The translations under genes and the position numbers were made by a program. The notes beneath the pieces are model-generated. The model worked only from the letters and a program-made list of their open reading frames with translations, was not told the DNA's origin and did not search any database. Below, piece by piece: positions 32,267 through 42,410 of a stretch of DNA of 64,000 bases; position 1 is the first letter of the stretch, and the number at the start of each line of letters is the position of its first letter. Origin of the DNA: Gammaproteobacteria bacterium (GTDB lineage: Bacteria; Pseudomonadota; Gammaproteobacteria; UBA4575); contig JAJDYY010000008.1 in NCBI GenBank assembly GCA_022824965.1, forward strand, positions 320,284-384,283. The letters run 5' to 3'.

Positions 32267-33133
32267 TCATCTTCCTAGGTAGGCTGTGCTGATCTGTTCT
32301 CTCTCGTGGCCGAGTTCCTGGCTGATCGTCATCCGGGCCTGGTGGTCCAGCTCCCGCTGTTCCGGGGTCAGTGACTTGCTATCGGGCCCACCTGCGGCTG
32401 GAGATTTCCAGCCAGTCAGTTCCTCGTAGCGTTCCTGTGCGTACGCATGGCGCAGCCCATGCATACTCGAAAGTCCGGCCCGGGTGGTGTTGCCTTCGTA
32501 GACTCTCAGCTGCTGTACATAGCTTCGGTGCGGCGGGATCAATGAGCCGAAGCCAGCCAAGGCCCGTGTGCGGTCAAGGATCGCTCTTTGATGTTCTGTT
32601 CGAACGGGGATCGTTCGGAGCTTGCCGCCCTTGGTCCAGCTGGCCTTGAGCCGGAGGTGATCCTTCTGATCCGCATAACTGGGCATGAACTTCATGGCCT
32701 CCTCGCGGCGCAGCCCAAAGGCCCGCTGCAGTTCGAGACTCATGCGCACATGAATGTCCTTGACCTTGCTGAGTTGGGTTTGGGTGATGTCCTTGGCTTT
32801 ACTCTCGTTGGTGACGAACCTTCGGTCCGGGATGCCATAGAATTCATTGGATCGGGCGATGACGTTCTGCTTGTTGACCTTGTCGGCCCACCATCTCAGT
32901 GCAGCCATCCGGTTCTTGATCGTCCCGATCGAGAGTTCCTTTTCCTGCCACTGCTTCACCAGCGCCTCGATGTGCTTGGGCTTGAGTGATTTTGACTGCA
33001 TCTTGCGGTAGCCCATCGCATGCAGCTCATTGGCCATCAGCGTCAGCATGCGCTCTCTATTTCGTTGCGTGGCATAGCTGCCTTCCCGGCAGTGCCGGCA
33101 AAGCTGTTTCAGCTGGTGATTAAGATTTCTCAT
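32267..33133 (-). CDS. Tyrosine recombinase / integrase-family protein (second recombinase of the island)
   Basis: HGLRHAYAQ (HxLRH box) and C-terminal STAYLGR (catalytic Tyr). The start is set at the MRNLNHQ ATG at 33133. Confidence 0.7.
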   Translation of the reverse strand: MRNLNHQLKQLCRHCREGSYATQRNRERMLTLMANELHAMGYRKMQSKSLKPKHIEALVKQWQEKELSIGTIKNRMAALRWWADKVNKQNVIARSNEFYGIPDRRFVTNESKAKDITQTQLSKVKDIHVRMSLELQRAFGLRREEAMKFMPSYADQKDHLRLKASWTKGGKLRTIPVRTEHQRAILDRTRALAGFGSLIPPHRSYVQQLRVYEGNTTRAGLSSMHGLRHAYAQERYEELTGWKSPAAGGPDSKSLTPEQRELDHQARMTISQELGHEREQISTAYLGR

Positions 33134-33514
33134 GGTTCCAAGCCTTTCCGTGTTCTTTCTCTTCGGTGAGTGTTTCTGGCCTTCTGTCCGCCTTGGCGGT
33201 TCAGGTTCGCTTTCGCGACATGGCTCCATGGGACACAACTCCCTCAATGACTTGAATGGGCCTCAGTCAGGCCACACAGGTCCTCTTCGGTCGAAGAGTG
33301 ACTCCGTGCCAGTCCAAGATGCCCCAAAGGGGCGACAGTTCAAGATGGTGATACCTCCTTTTCAGTCATGCGGATCGCTCCGCGGGATTTAAAAAATAGC
33401 CCGGTGCACAGCATTCCTGCCTGGTCCCGAAGACCAGACCGGGGTGCCGTTCACGGGCTTAGATAAATGTCACGTACAGGCGAACCCGCACGTGCCGACA
33501 GGCAGAATGCCTTG

Positions 33515-33638
33515 CGTTGAAGATGGACAAGCCCGAAGCCTGCCTGAAGTCCTGTCAGGACGTTGAAGATGGAAGCAGGCCAAAGACCTGAATCCTGATG
33601 CCTGGGTACCGCTGTACACAGGCTGGTATTGAAGATGG
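33515..33638. repeat. Three direct copies of (G/A)TTGAAGATGGA (iteron-like)
   Basis: Copies at 33515..33526, 33561..33572 and 33627..33638, with spacings of 46 and 66 bp, inside the 860-bp non-coding region between the two recombinase genes. Confidence 0.55.
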
Positions 33639-33872
33639 ATCGCAGCCTTGCGGCTGGGGCACCTGTTGCGCGATCCGGAGGCGCCTCGTTGCCGCTGATA
33701 TACCGTAGCGGCACCGGTACAAAACTGTTACGGGTCAGTATACCACCCGGCGCCTCTCAGTCACGGAAAATCTTCTTATCACTGAGCTAAATATTTCGAC
33801 ACCGTAATTTACGGGGCATTCAGCTCTCAAAAACGCACAGTACGGGGCTACCTGCCTCGGAGCCCTGCAGGC

Positions 33873-33922
33873 GGCCGTGTCACTCCTGCGTTTCACTTCG
33901 TTCACCAAGGAGTGACACGGCC
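33873..33922. promoter_or_regulatory. Perfect 14-bp inverted repeat (GGCCGTGTCACTCC / GGAGTGACACGGCC) with a 22-nt loop
   Basis: Seen directly in the sequence. A strong stem-loop or dimeric protein-binding site in the recombinase intergenic region. Confidence 0.5.
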
Positions 33923-34112
33923 TAGTACGTGAATGTCCAGCTCGTTGTATGACCTTTCCTAGCCTACGGTTGCACAGCAGACTTGCCGGGGCTACCAAGT
34001 CGCCTGCATACGGTATGGGGCTGTACACAAAAGAATGCGTTGGTTTTAGCGCGCGGCTATCGCTTGCCAGTCACGGTGCAGCTTACAGAGGGCAAGTTCG
34101 TGGAACAGATAT

Positions 34113-35303
34113 TCACGTGTCGGCTTTCAACTCGTCGAGATAGTCTGCCCATACCTGCATCATCTCTCTTCGCTCTGGCAGATGGGCAGTGCGGTTGTAA
34201 GCACGCCCGTTTGGATCACGCACACTGTGGGCAAGTTGGTGCTCGATATAGTCTGGACGAAACTTGAGCACCTCATCCAAGATCGTTCGTGCCATCGCCC
34301 GAAACCCATGGCCGCTCATCTCCTCCTTGCCAATCCCCAGGCAGCGCATAGCAGCCAGAATGGCGTTATTGCTCATTGGTCTGTCGCCCTTAGGACTCCT
34401 TGCGCTGGAAAATACATACTGACCATTTCCGGTCAAAGGTCTTAATTCCCGCAAAATCTCAACAGCTTGTCTTGAAAGAGGTACGATGTGTTGGGTCCGG
34501 GTTTTGGTCACCTGAAAACGCCACTCGGCATTATCCATATCCATATCCTCCCACTGTGCGTTGCGGAGTTCGCCAGGGCGTACAAAAACCAGCGGCGCAA
34601 GCCTAAGAGCGCAACGTACAGGGAGTGTTCCCTCGTAACCATCGAGTGTCCTCAGGAGTTTCCCTACTTCTTTGGGCTCAGTGACTGAAGCAAAGTGCTT
34701 CCCTTTCACAGGGGGCAATGCGCCCTTCAAGTCTCCCGAAGGGTTGTACGTGGCGCGACCAGTGGCAATCGCATAGCGAAAAACCTGGCTGCAGTAGCTT
34801 AGCACCCTATAAGCAGTTTCCAGTGCCCCACGCTGTTCGATCCGCTGAACTGTCTCAAGTAGTTGGGGTGCTGTAATTCTAGTAATCGGCCGACTGCCAA
34901 TCCATGGGAATACATCTCCTTTCAGTCTACTAATGACGCGAGTCGCATGGCCAGAAGACCAGTGGGGTGCATACTTGGCAAACCATTCATTTGCAAGGGC
35001 CTCGAAACTGTTCGTTGTCTCTTCAGCTTTTGCAGCTTTTTCTGCCTTGCGCTGCTCGCTCGGGTCGACTCCGTTCACTAGCAGCTTGCGGGCCTCATCA
35101 CGCCTAGTACGTGCATCCTTCAGCGTGACATCGGGATAAACACCTAGCGAGAGGCGCTTCTCCTTCCCTTCAAAACGGTACTTCAAACGCCACCACTTTC
35201 CTCCGTGGGGCGCAACTTCCAGGTACAGCCCACCGCCATCAAACAGCTTTCTAGCTTTTTCACCAGCCTTGGCATTTCGGATTGCAGCATTGGACAAGCT
35301 CAT
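34113..35303 (-). CDS. int: P4/CP4-57-type tyrosine integrase
   Basis: MSLSNAAIRNAKAGEKARKLFDGGGLYLEVAPHGGKWWRLKYRFEGKEKRLSLGVYP is the classic P4-integrase N-terminus. The C-terminal catalytic region carries HGFRAMARTIL and an LAHS tail. The gene is adjacent to the tRNA 3' end. Confidence 0.9.
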   Translation of the reverse strand: MSLSNAAIRNAKAGEKARKLFDGGGLYLEVAPHGGKWWRLKYRFEGKEKRLSLGVYPDVTLKDARTRRDEARKLLVNGVDPSEQRKAEKAAKAEETTNSFEALANEWFAKYAPHWSSGHATRVISRLKGDVFPWIGSRPITRITAPQLLETVQRIEQRGALETAYRVLSYCSQVFRYAIATGRATYNPSGDLKGALPPVKGKHFASVTEPKEVGKLLRTLDGYEGTLPVRCALRLAPLVFVRPGELRNAQWEDMDMDNAEWRFQVTKTRTQHIVPLSRQAVEILRELRPLTGNGQYVFSSARSPKGDRPMSNNAILAAMRCLGIGKEEMSGHGFRAMARTILDEVLKFRPDYIEHQLAHSVRDPNGRAYNRTAHLPERREMMQVWADYLDELKADT

Positions 35304-35466
35304 GGGGGCAACTTCCCTTATGAATGGTGTGCTTGCCCCCAATTCTGCCCCCAGTTGCCCCCGGATGTCAATAAATCTCAAAGGATCACTTTGGACGCAA
35401 TACCACTGTAAGTGTATGATTATATGAATATATTAGGATGTTATAGGACGTCTTTGGACTTTGACT

Positions 35467-35543
35467 TGGTGGCTATGGTTGGACTTGAACCAACGACCCC
35501 AGCATTATGAATGCTGTGCTCTAACCAACTGAGCTACATAGCC
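35467..35543 (-). tRNA. tRNA-Met (anticodon CAT, elongator-like)
   Basis: GGCTATGTAGCTCAGTTGGTTAGAGCACAGCATTCATAATGCTGGGGTCGTTGGTTCAAGTCCAACCATAGCCACCA on the minus strand. It has a cloverleaf with a CAT anticodon loop and an encoded CCA. Confidence 0.85.
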
Positions 35544-35598
35544 ACGTTCGGGAAAACCCGTGAACGGTACAGAAACGTCCGGGGAGATGTCAACAACC

Positions 35599-36690
35599 CT
35601 ATACATTGAAACGGAAATGCACAACGTCGCCTTCCTCGATCAGATAATGCTTTCCTTCGAGTCGCCACCGGCCCTGCTCTTTCGCGCCTGATTCACCGTT
35701 GGCATCCACATAGTCCTGGTAGCTGATGACTTCTGCCCGGATGAAGCCCCTTTCAAAATCCGTATGGATTTTTCCGCCCGCCTGCGGAGCCGTCGCACCT
35801 TGCTGCACCGTCCAGGCCCGGACCTCCTTGGGGCCCGCCGTGAAAAAAGTCTGCAGTTCCAGCAGCGCGTAGCCGGTGCGAATGACCCGGCTCAAGCCGG
35901 GCTCCTCCAGCTTGAGTTCGTCCAGGTAGGCCTGCCGGTCCTCTTCCTCCAGTTGCGCCAGCTCGGCTTCAATTTTCGCACACACCGCAATGACTGGCAC
36001 CGACTGCTGGCTCGCGAATTCCTGCAAACGGTCCAGATGCGGATTCCCCTCGAACCCGTCCTCCGAGACATTGGCGATATAGAATGCGGGCTTGCCGGTG
36101 AGCAGGTGCAGGGTCCTGAAATGATGCTGGTGCTCGTCCTCCACTTCGAACCCGTGTGCCGGGCACTCTTTCTCCAGGTGCTTTTGCAGGCGTTCGTACA
36201 GCCCCAGTCGTACAACCGCCTCCTTGTCTCCCGACTTGGCCGCACGTTCCGTCTTGCCGAGGGCCCTGTGCACGGTTTCCAGGTCCGCCAGGATCAGCTC
36301 GGTTGAAATCGTTTCAAGGTCTGAAAGGGGATCGACCCTGTCATCCACATGAATGACATTCTCATCGTCGAAGCAGCGGATCACGTGAGCAATCGCATCC
36401 GTTTCGCGGATGTGCCCGAGGAATTGATTTCCCAGCCCCTCTCCTTTCGAGGCACCGGCCACCAGACCGGCGATGTCCACAAACTCAATCGTCGTTGGAA
36501 TGGTTTTTTCAGGATTCGCGATGCGTGCGAGTGTGGCGAGCCTCGGGTCGGGTACGGCGACCACGCCGATATTCGGGTCGATGGTGCAGAACGGATAGTT
36601 CTCGGCCGCAATACGGGCTGAGGTTAGCGCATTGAACAGGGTGGATTTGCCGACATTGGGCAAGCCGACGATGCCACACCTAAACCCCAT
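35599..36690 (-). CDS. ychF: Ribosome-binding ATPase YchF
   Basis: GIVGLPNVGKSTLFNALT P-loop, 363 aa, TGS domain at the C-terminus. Confidence 0.92.
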   Translation of the reverse strand: MGFRCGIVGLPNVGKSTLFNALTSARIAAENYPFCTIDPNIGVVAVPDPRLATLARIANPEKTIPTTIEFVDIAGLVAGASKGEGLGNQFLGHIRETDAIAHVIRCFDDENVIHVDDRVDPLSDLETISTELILADLETVHRALGKTERAAKSGDKEAVVRLGLYERLQKHLEKECPAHGFEVEDEHQHHFRTLHLLTGKPAFYIANVSEDGFEGNPHLDRLQEFASQQSVPVIAVCAKIEAELAQLEEEDRQAYLDELKLEEPGLSRVIRTGYALLELQTFFTAGPKEVRAWTVQQGATAPQAGGKIHTDFERGFIRAEVISYQDYVDANGESGAKEQGRWRLEGKHYLIEEGDVVHFRFNV

Positions 36691-37276
36691 GCGCCGCCCG
36701 GGTGTGGAGTTGTCTCATCGCTGCTTCGGTATCGCCTTTGAGAAGCTCATCCAGGACATGGCAAGCCCGGTCAACCGCAGAATCAATCTCCCGGCGCTCC
36801 TCGGCACCCGGCTTTTTCAGCACATAGTCCGTGACGTCATCCTTGTGGCCCGGATGTCCGACCCCCAGGCGCAGGCGCAGAAAGTCCTGTCCCAGATGTT
36901 CGAAGGCGCTTCGCAAGCCGTTATGCCCGCCATGCCCGCCCGCATGTTTGATCCTCGCAGAACCATTGGGCAAGTCGATCTCGTCGTGGGCGACCAGCAG
37001 TTGCTGCACTGAGATCTTGTAGAACTGCGCAAACGCATGCAGCGACGCTCCGCTCCGGTTCATATACGTCTGCGGCTTGAGCAGCCAGACCTTTCCGTCC
37101 TCGAAACTGAAATGCGCCACCTCGCCCTTGAATTTTTCCTGGTAGCGGAATACTGCACCCCGTTGCGTGGCCACTGCATCCGCAAACCAAAACCCGGCAT
37201 TGTGCCGGGTCTGTACATATTTCTCTTCGGGATTGCCTAAACCGGCGATCAGCCGTATGCGGTGTTGGGCAGGCAC
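36680..37276 (-). CDS. pth: Peptidyl-tRNA hydrolase
   Basis: LIAGLGNPEEKYVQTRHNAGF signature. Confidence 0.9.
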   Translation of the reverse strand: MPAQHRIRLIAGLGNPEEKYVQTRHNAGFWFADAVATQRGAVFRYQEKFKGEVAHFSFEDGKVWLLKPQTYMNRSGASLHAFAQFYKISVQQLLVAHDEIDLPNGSARIKHAGGHGGHNGLRSAFEHLGQDFLRLRLGVGHPGHKDDVTDYVLKKPGAEERREIDSAVDRACHVLDELLKGDTEAAMRQLHTRAAHGV

Positions 37277-37289
37277 GGTGGACTAGAGA

Positions 37290-37973
37290 TCATGAGGCAT
37301 CATCTTGTGCAGAATCATCCTCATCTCCAGCCTGATCCTGATCGTCCGTTTCCGCCTCGTCTACTTCCTCCACTTCCTCGAGCTTTTCTTCAGCCCGCTT
37401 GGCATGCACGGATACCACGGTATGGTCATGCCCTTCACCGTGGGTCAGTTCCACAATGGTGACTCCCTCGGGTGCCTGCACGCCGCTGAGGTGGATGGAT
37501 TCGTTCAGCTTGAGATCCTGAATGTCGACTTCAATGAATTCCGGCAGGTCTTTTGGCAGGCAGGAAACTTCCAGCTCGACCATGTTGTGGCTGATGACCC
37601 CGCCGTCCAGCTTGACCCCGTGACAGGTGTCTTCATTGATGAAATGAATCGGGACATGCACATTGATACGCGTATCTTCTCGCACGCGCAGCAAGTCCAG
37701 GTGCAGTACGGTCGGTTTGTGAGGATGGCGTTGCAACTCGCGCAAGATCGCCTTCTGGGAAGTGCCTCCCACATCCACAGTCAGGATATGCGAATAGAAC
37801 GCCTCGTTTTCCAGGTTGTGCATCAGGGTGTCATGCTCAAACGTCACCTCTTCGGGAGGCTCCCCGCCTCCATAGATCACACCCGGCACCTTGCCAGCCG
37901 CCCGCAGTCTCCTGCTTGCATTTTTCCCGCGTTCATCGCGGGCATGGGCGGTTAACTTGAAATCGATACTCAT
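37290..37973 (-). CDS. rplY: 50S ribosomal protein L25 / general stress protein Ctc form with acidic C-terminal tail
   Basis: The N-terminus [35 protein letters not shown] matches the L25/Ctc family. The ORF-track start upstream is not used. A long Asp/Glu-rich tail follows. Confidence 0.85.
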   Translation of the reverse strand: MSIDFKLTAHARDERGKNASRRLRAAGKVPGVIYGGGEPPEEVTFEHDTLMHNLENEAFYSHILTVDVGGTSQKAILRELQRHPHKPTVLHLDLLRVREDTRINVHVPIHFINEDTCHGVKLDGGVISHNMVELEVSCLPKDLPEFIEVDIQDLKLNESIHLSGVQAPEGVTIVELTHGEGHDHTVVSVHAKRAEEKLEEVEEVDEAETDDQDQAGDEDDSAQDDAS

Positions 37974-38025
37974 GCTCTTCTCCGACTGTTTCAGAGGCGC
38001 CGGACGGGTCCGGCTGCCATCCCCG

Positions 38026-38961
38026 TTAATCCATGTAAAGGGTGCTGACTGACTCTTCCTGGTTGATCCTGCGCATGGACTCGGCAATCAGTGCCGAAAC
38101 CTCCAGCTGACGTATCCGGGAACACGCCCGGGCATCTTCGCGCAGGGCGATTGTATCAGTTACCACCAACTCATCCAGTTCTGAGTTCTCGATGTTCTTG
38201 ATGGCCTCGCCGGAGAGCACCGGGTGGGTGGCATATGCCCGCACCGCACTGGCACCATGCTCTTTCAGGGCGCTGGCCGCCTGACACAAGGTGCCCGCAG
38301 TATCTACCAGATCGTCAATGATAAAACAATCCTTGCCTTCCACCTCGCCGATGATGTGCATGACCTTGGTCTGGTTGGCTTGCGGACGGCGCTTGTCGAT
38401 GATGGCCAGGTCGGCGTCATCCAGGCGCTTGGCCAGGGCTCTTGCACGTACCACGCCGCCGACGTCCGGTGATACGACGATTAGGTTGGGGTGCTTGCGC
38501 TTGTAGATATCTCCAAGCAAAACCGGTGAGGCATACACATTGTCCACGGGAATATCGAAAAAGCCCTGAATCTGGTCGGCATGCAGATCAACGGTCAGGA
38601 CCCGGTTGGCCCCTACACTGGAGAGCAGGTTGGCCACGACCTTGGCCGATATGGGAACGCGTATCGAACGAACCCGGCGGTCCTGGCGCGAGTAGCCGAA
38701 ATAGGGAATCACCGTGGTGATCCGTTCTGCCGAGGCACGCCTCAAGGCATCGACAATGATCAGCAATTCCATGATGTGATCATTGGTCGGCATGCTGGTT
38801 GGCTGGACGATGAAGACATCCTTGCCGCGCACGTTCTCCTGAATCTCCACCTGCACTTCTCCGTCGCTGAAGCGACTGATCAATGCCTTCCCCAGGGGAA
38901 TGTTCAGGTAGTCGACGATATTCTGCGAGAGCGTCGGGTGTGCATTACCGGAAAATACCAT
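38026..38961 (-). CDS. prs: Ribose-phosphate pyrophosphokinase
   Basis: PRPP synthetase motifs ([34 protein letters not shown]). The start is set at MVFSGNAHP. Confidence 0.9.
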   Translation of the reverse strand: MVFSGNAHPTLSQNIVDYLNIPLGKALISRFSDGEVQVEIQENVRGKDVFIVQPTSMPTNDHIMELLIIVDALRRASAERITTVIPYFGYSRQDRRVRSIRVPISAKVVANLLSSVGANRVLTVDLHADQIQGFFDIPVDNVYASPVLLGDIYKRKHPNLIVVSPDVGGVVRARALAKRLDDADLAIIDKRRPQANQTKVMHIIGEVEGKDCFIIDDLVDTAGTLCQAASALKEHGASAVRAYATHPVLSGEAIKNIENSELDELVVTDTIALREDARACSRIRQLEVSALIAESMRRINQEESVSTLYMD

Positions 38962-39036
38962 CAGGCTGTTGTCGACCGGCAGTTCTCGTTCACGAATCAT
39001 GTTGGTATAGCGCCTTGCTTGTGCAAATAGGTACCC

Positions 39037-39111
39037 TGGCTGGGCCGGCAGGATTCGAACCTGCGAATGCCGGGATCAAAACCCGGTGCCTTACCACTTG
39101 GCGACGGCCCA
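39037..39111 (-). tRNA. tRNA-Gln (anticodon TTG)
   Basis: TGGGCCGTCGCCAAGTGGTAAGGCACCGGGTTTTGATCCCGGCATTCGCAGGTTCGAATCCTGCCGGCCCAGCCA on the minus strand. It is very similar to the E. coli tRNA-Gln framework. Confidence 0.85.
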
Positions 39112-39128
39112 AAATCTTAGGTGCTGAA

Positions 39129-39998
39129 CTATACTTGATTATACCCGCATAGCGAATACACGGGCGAACGATTCATACCCTTCGCCACGAAAGCTGCAAA
39201 CTCCGCCGGACAATCCACGGCAATGCTCTGCGCCTGCTGCCGGGACTCGCAACAGGCAAACAGACCACTTCCCGAACCCGTCAGGCGCACAGGTGCATAC
39301 TGGCTCAGCCACTGCCACGCACGCTCCACGTCGGCGTGCGCCCGGGCGATCGGCTCGAATACGTTTTGCGTTTGCGCAAGCCGGAAGTCGCTTGCTGCGA
39401 TCGGTGTACAGTCGCGCACCAGGTCCCGGCTGGCAAACATTTTCCGGGTGTCGAGGTGCACACGGGGAAATAATGCAACGTACCAGGGTTCATGGAAATC
39501 CATCGCCTGCAGATGCTCGCCGATGCCCTCCACCCAACTGGCCTCCCCGCGGACAAACACCGGGACATCGGCCCCCAGTTGTACAGCGATTGCTTCCAGG
39601 TCCCCAACCTCCAGGCCGCAACCCCAGAGACGGTTGAGTGCCAGCAGCACCGTGGCCGCATCGGAGCTTCCGCCACCGAATCCTGCGCCGGTCGGAATGA
39701 CCTTCCTGAGCCGTATGTTCACCCCCTGGCGCGTGCCGCATTCGTGTTGCAACAGTTTTGCTGCACGCACGGTCAGGTCATCGTCACGGGCCAGGCCGTC
39801 ATTGGCGTCGGTACACTGGATCGCGCCATCCTCATTGACGTCGAAATTCAATTCATCGCAGACGTCAATGAACTGGATGGCCGTTTGCAGCAGGTGATAA
39901 CCGTCACCACGGCGACCCACGACATGCAGAAAAAGGTTCAGCTTGGCCGGTGCCGGCCATGTGCCATCAGCCCGGTCATCCTGTGTCTGGTTGTTCAA
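39129..39998 (-). CDS. ispE: 4-diphosphocytidyl-2-C-methyl-D-erythritol kinase
   Basis: GHMP kinase, PAKLNLFLHVVGRRGDGYH N-terminus. It sits in the conserved lolB-ispE-prs context. Confidence 0.88.
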   Translation of the reverse strand: MNNQTQDDRADGTWPAPAKLNLFLHVVGRRGDGYHLLQTAIQFIDVCDELNFDVNEDGAIQCTDANDGLARDDDLTVRAAKLLQHECGTRQGVNIRLRKVIPTGAGFGGGSSDAATVLLALNRLWGCGLEVGDLEAIAVQLGADVPVFVRGEASWVEGIGEHLQAMDFHEPWYVALFPRVHLDTRKMFASRDLVRDCTPIAASDFRLAQTQNVFEPIARAHADVERAWQWLSQYAPVRLTGSGSGLFACCESRQQAQSIAVDCPAEFAAFVAKGMNRSPVYSLCGYNQV

Positions 39999-40037
39999 TG
40001 TCGATCCTTCAATCCGTAGCGGTCCCCGTCGCCTGAT

Positions 40038-40652
40038 TCAGAACCATTGATCCACAATGATTTTTGCATCCAGGCGGGTGCTTGATATTTCAATCAGTGC
40101 AGGCAATGCAGGGGATCCCTCGTGGTAGCGATTATAGTCAATGCGCCATCCTGCCTGGCTGAGATGCTTCAGGCGACCCCGGGCATCAAGTTCCAGCGAC
40201 CGGACTTCATGACCGGGGTTTGGGACGCCACGCACCCAGTACCGCAGGCCGGTCACAGGCAGGGCGTAGCCGAATAAGTCCTGCAACAGGGTTTCCGGTT
40301 CTTTTGCCAGGTAATGTTCACCCCTGGAGGTCTGTACCTCGACCTTCCCTTCCCTCCCGGAGATGGCCGCCGTCTTGCGTCCCGATGGACCATGCAAATC
40401 GATACTGAATGACTGCAGGTGCTGTTCCCAGTACACGCCCGCCTGGAAGCCTTCACTGTCCGATTTTCCGGCCACCCGGCCCTTCAGGCCCCAGGTAGGT
40501 ATCTTCCCTAGATGTGCAAGGTGGGTCTCCCATGCCTGCTGGCGGGCCGCATCCGGGAGTGATGGAACGGGCGGCTCGCGAACGGTCGTGCACGCGGCCA
40601 GTACCAGCAGGGTCGCGCATAGAACACCGGATCGGCACATTGGACGATGCAC
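40038..40652 (-). CDS. lolB: Outer-membrane lipoprotein LolB
   Basis: Lipoprotein signal (LLVLAACTT), size and position upstream of ispE. Confidence 0.8.
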   Translation of the reverse strand: MHRPMCRSGVLCATLLVLAACTTVREPPVPSLPDAARQQAWETHLAHLGKIPTWGLKGRVAGKSDSEGFQAGVYWEQHLQSFSIDLHGPSGRKTAAISGREGKVEVQTSRGEHYLAKEPETLLQDLFGYALPVTGLRYWVRGVPNPGHEVRSLELDARGRLKHLSQAGWRIDYNRYHEGSPALPALIEISSTRLDAKIIVDQWF

Positions 40653-40655
40653 CTT

Positions 40656-42410
40656 CTACTGGAATTTTCTTTGCAGCTCTAGCAGGTACTCCTCATCGGG
40701 AAAGTGCTCCAGCACTTCCTGCATCATTTTTCTTGCCCCCTGGTGATCTCCCTGCGCCCAGAACAGCTCGACAAGATGTCCGCCGATTTCAGCATCCTTG
40801 AGCAGTCGGTAGGCCTTTCGCAGGTACTGCTCCGCCTGCTCATAATTGCCGAGGCGAAACTGCACCCAGCCCATGCTGTCGATAACCGCAGGATCATCCG
40901 GGCGGATTTCAAGGGCACGCTGGATGTATTCCAGGGCCTCGCCAATACGGGAGTTTCGATCGGCCAGGGTATAGCCCAGCGCGTTCAGCGCCGAGGCATT
41001 GTCGGGATCCTCGGCCAGGATAGCCCTGAGATCGGATTCAAGCAGATCGATACGGTCAATTTCTTCCGCCATCAAGGCCCGCGCGTACAGCAGTTCCTGA
41101 TGGCCCGGGAATTTCTGCAATCCTTCGCTGTACAGGTCGATCGCCGCGACATAGAGCTTGTGCTCGTGTAACAGCTGTCCCTCGATCAAAAACACCTGCA
41201 CCACATCCTCCGTCGAGTGCTGGTGAGTGCGAAGTTCAGCCAGGTACTGCTGCGCCCTGTCCAGGCCTTCGAGATCCGCATAAATGGAAGCGGTCCGGGC
41301 CCTGGCATCCAGGTAATACTGCCTTTTCTCCACTTTTTCGAATTCGGCGATGGCTGTCCGGAAATCCTTTTCCTCTTCTGCGATCCGTCCCAGGTAATAG
41401 TGCCCCTCATCCTTGCGCTGGTCCTCCTGGACCAGGCGGGTGAAGTCCTCCCGGGCGGCCTCATACTGTTCTTGCTGTAAATGCAGCAGTCCAAGGGTAT
41501 AGATCAATTCGCTGTCCCCGGGACTTTCTGCATGCAGGGTCTGGAACTCCGCTTCGGCCTCCTCGTAGCGTTTTGCGGTCAGCAGCGTACGTGCATATGA
41601 CATGCGCAACTCGCGGTTTTGCGGGGCCTCCTCGGCAAGAATCTTCATGTCCGTGAGGGCATCATCGGTCTCCTCTAGCCCCAGCAAGGCCTGGACCCGC
41701 AGGATACGCGCCTCGGTCAGGTCCGGCCCGAATCCGATCGCCAGCTCACTTTCATCCAGTGCACGCAGATAGTCCCCGGCCTGCAGGGCAAAGCCGGCAA
41801 GTGTGAGATGTCCATAGGGGTTTTCAAAATGCTCGTTGACCAGCTTCTCGAGCAGTTGCATGGCTGCTTCGGAATCCGGTTCCCGGGTCAGTATGGCGCC
41901 AATGATGCCAAAGCCCTTTTGCGGGCTATCCCCGGAAGCCTGCATGATCTTTTCGAATTGCACCACCGCCTGGTCGACATTGCCGTTTCGCAGCTCAAGC
42001 ACACCGAGAATCTGGGGCAGCTTCGGATCGTCGCCTGCCAGTTCCGACCAGCGGTGCGCCGCGCGCAGGCCCACCTCCCAGTTCTTGGCCACCATGGCAA
42101 TCCGTGTCGTGCGTTCGGCCAGCTGCGGGTCATCGCTGAGCTCGGTGGCGCGCACGTAATGCTCCAGTGCCTGGTCGACGTCATTGAACTGGCCGGATAA
42201 CTCGCCCAGGAGGATTTCATACAGCAGGTCTGAGTGGGCGCTGTACTCGGAGGCAGGCGCCTGGCTGATCGCTAGTGACGGATCAGGGGCCGGTGGATGT
42301 TCGGCCTCGGACGTTTCGACCGGTGGGGTGGCGCAACCGGACAGCCCGTGTACGGCCAGGAGCAGTATTGGCCATCCAAACACCCTCAGGATAGTGAACA
42401 CGATTGCCAA
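40656..42410 (-). CDS. TPR-repeat lipoprotein
   Basis: Signal peptide with lipobox (LSGC) followed by many TPR repeats. Position next to lolB is as in pseudomonads. Confidence 0.75.
   Translation of the reverse strand: MAIVFTILRVFGWPILLLAVHGLSGCATPPVETSEAEHPPAPDPSLAISQAPASEYSAHSDLLYEILLGELSGQFNDVDQALEHYVRATELSDDPQLAERTTRIAMVAKNWEVGLRAAHRWSELAGDDPKLPQILGVLELRNGNVDQAVVQFEKIMQASGDSPQKGFGIIGAILTREPDSEAAMQLLEKLVNEHFENPYGHLTLAGFALQAGDYLRALDESELAIGFGPDLTEARILRVQALLGLEETDDALTDMKILAEEAPQNRELRMSYARTLLTAKRYEEAEAEFQTLHAESPGDSELIYTLGLLHLQQEQYEAAREDFTRLVQEDQRKDEGHYYLGRIAEEEKDFRTAIAEFEKVEKRQYYLDARARTASIYADLEGLDRAQQYLAELRTHQHSTEDVVQVFLIEGQLLHEHKLYVAAIDLYSEGLQKFPGHQELLYARALMAEEIDRIDLLESDLRAILAEDPDNASALNALGYTLADRNSRIGEALEYIQRALEIRPDDPAVIDSMGWVQFRLGNYEQAEQYLRKAYRLLKDAEIGGHLVELFWAQGDHQGARKMMQEVLEHFPDEEYLLELQRKFQ

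Larger units (their letters stand above)
16590..35466. mobile_element. tRNA-Met-associated integrative genomic (defense) island, about 18.9 kb
   Basis: Judged by eye, GC drops abruptly from about 60% to the mid-40s near 16.6 kb and recovers right after the tRNA at 35.47 kb. A P4-type integrase lies adjacent to the tRNA 3' end, with a second recombinase plus AlpA. The cargo is R-M, TA and nuclease-like genes. A partial tRNA 3'-end-like repeat (TGGTATGGTT) sits at 16591..16600, so the left boundary is approximate. Confidence 0.7.

Noticed and set aside
33515-33638. Possible CRISPR array, suggested by short direct repeats
   Set aside because: The repeats are only 11–12 bp, there are only three copies, the spacing is irregular (46 and 66 bp) and no cas genes are nearby. 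I called them iterons or binding sites instead.
33735-34028. 97-aa ORF in the recombinase intergenic region
   Set aside because: It has no RBS, spans the large palindrome and has an Arg/Cys-rich composition. I treated the region as non-coding.
16600-35466. IS elements or transposases within the island
   Set aside because: No DDE, HUH or serine-recombinase-like ORF or terminal inverted repeat was recognised. Mobility appears to be integrase-based only.
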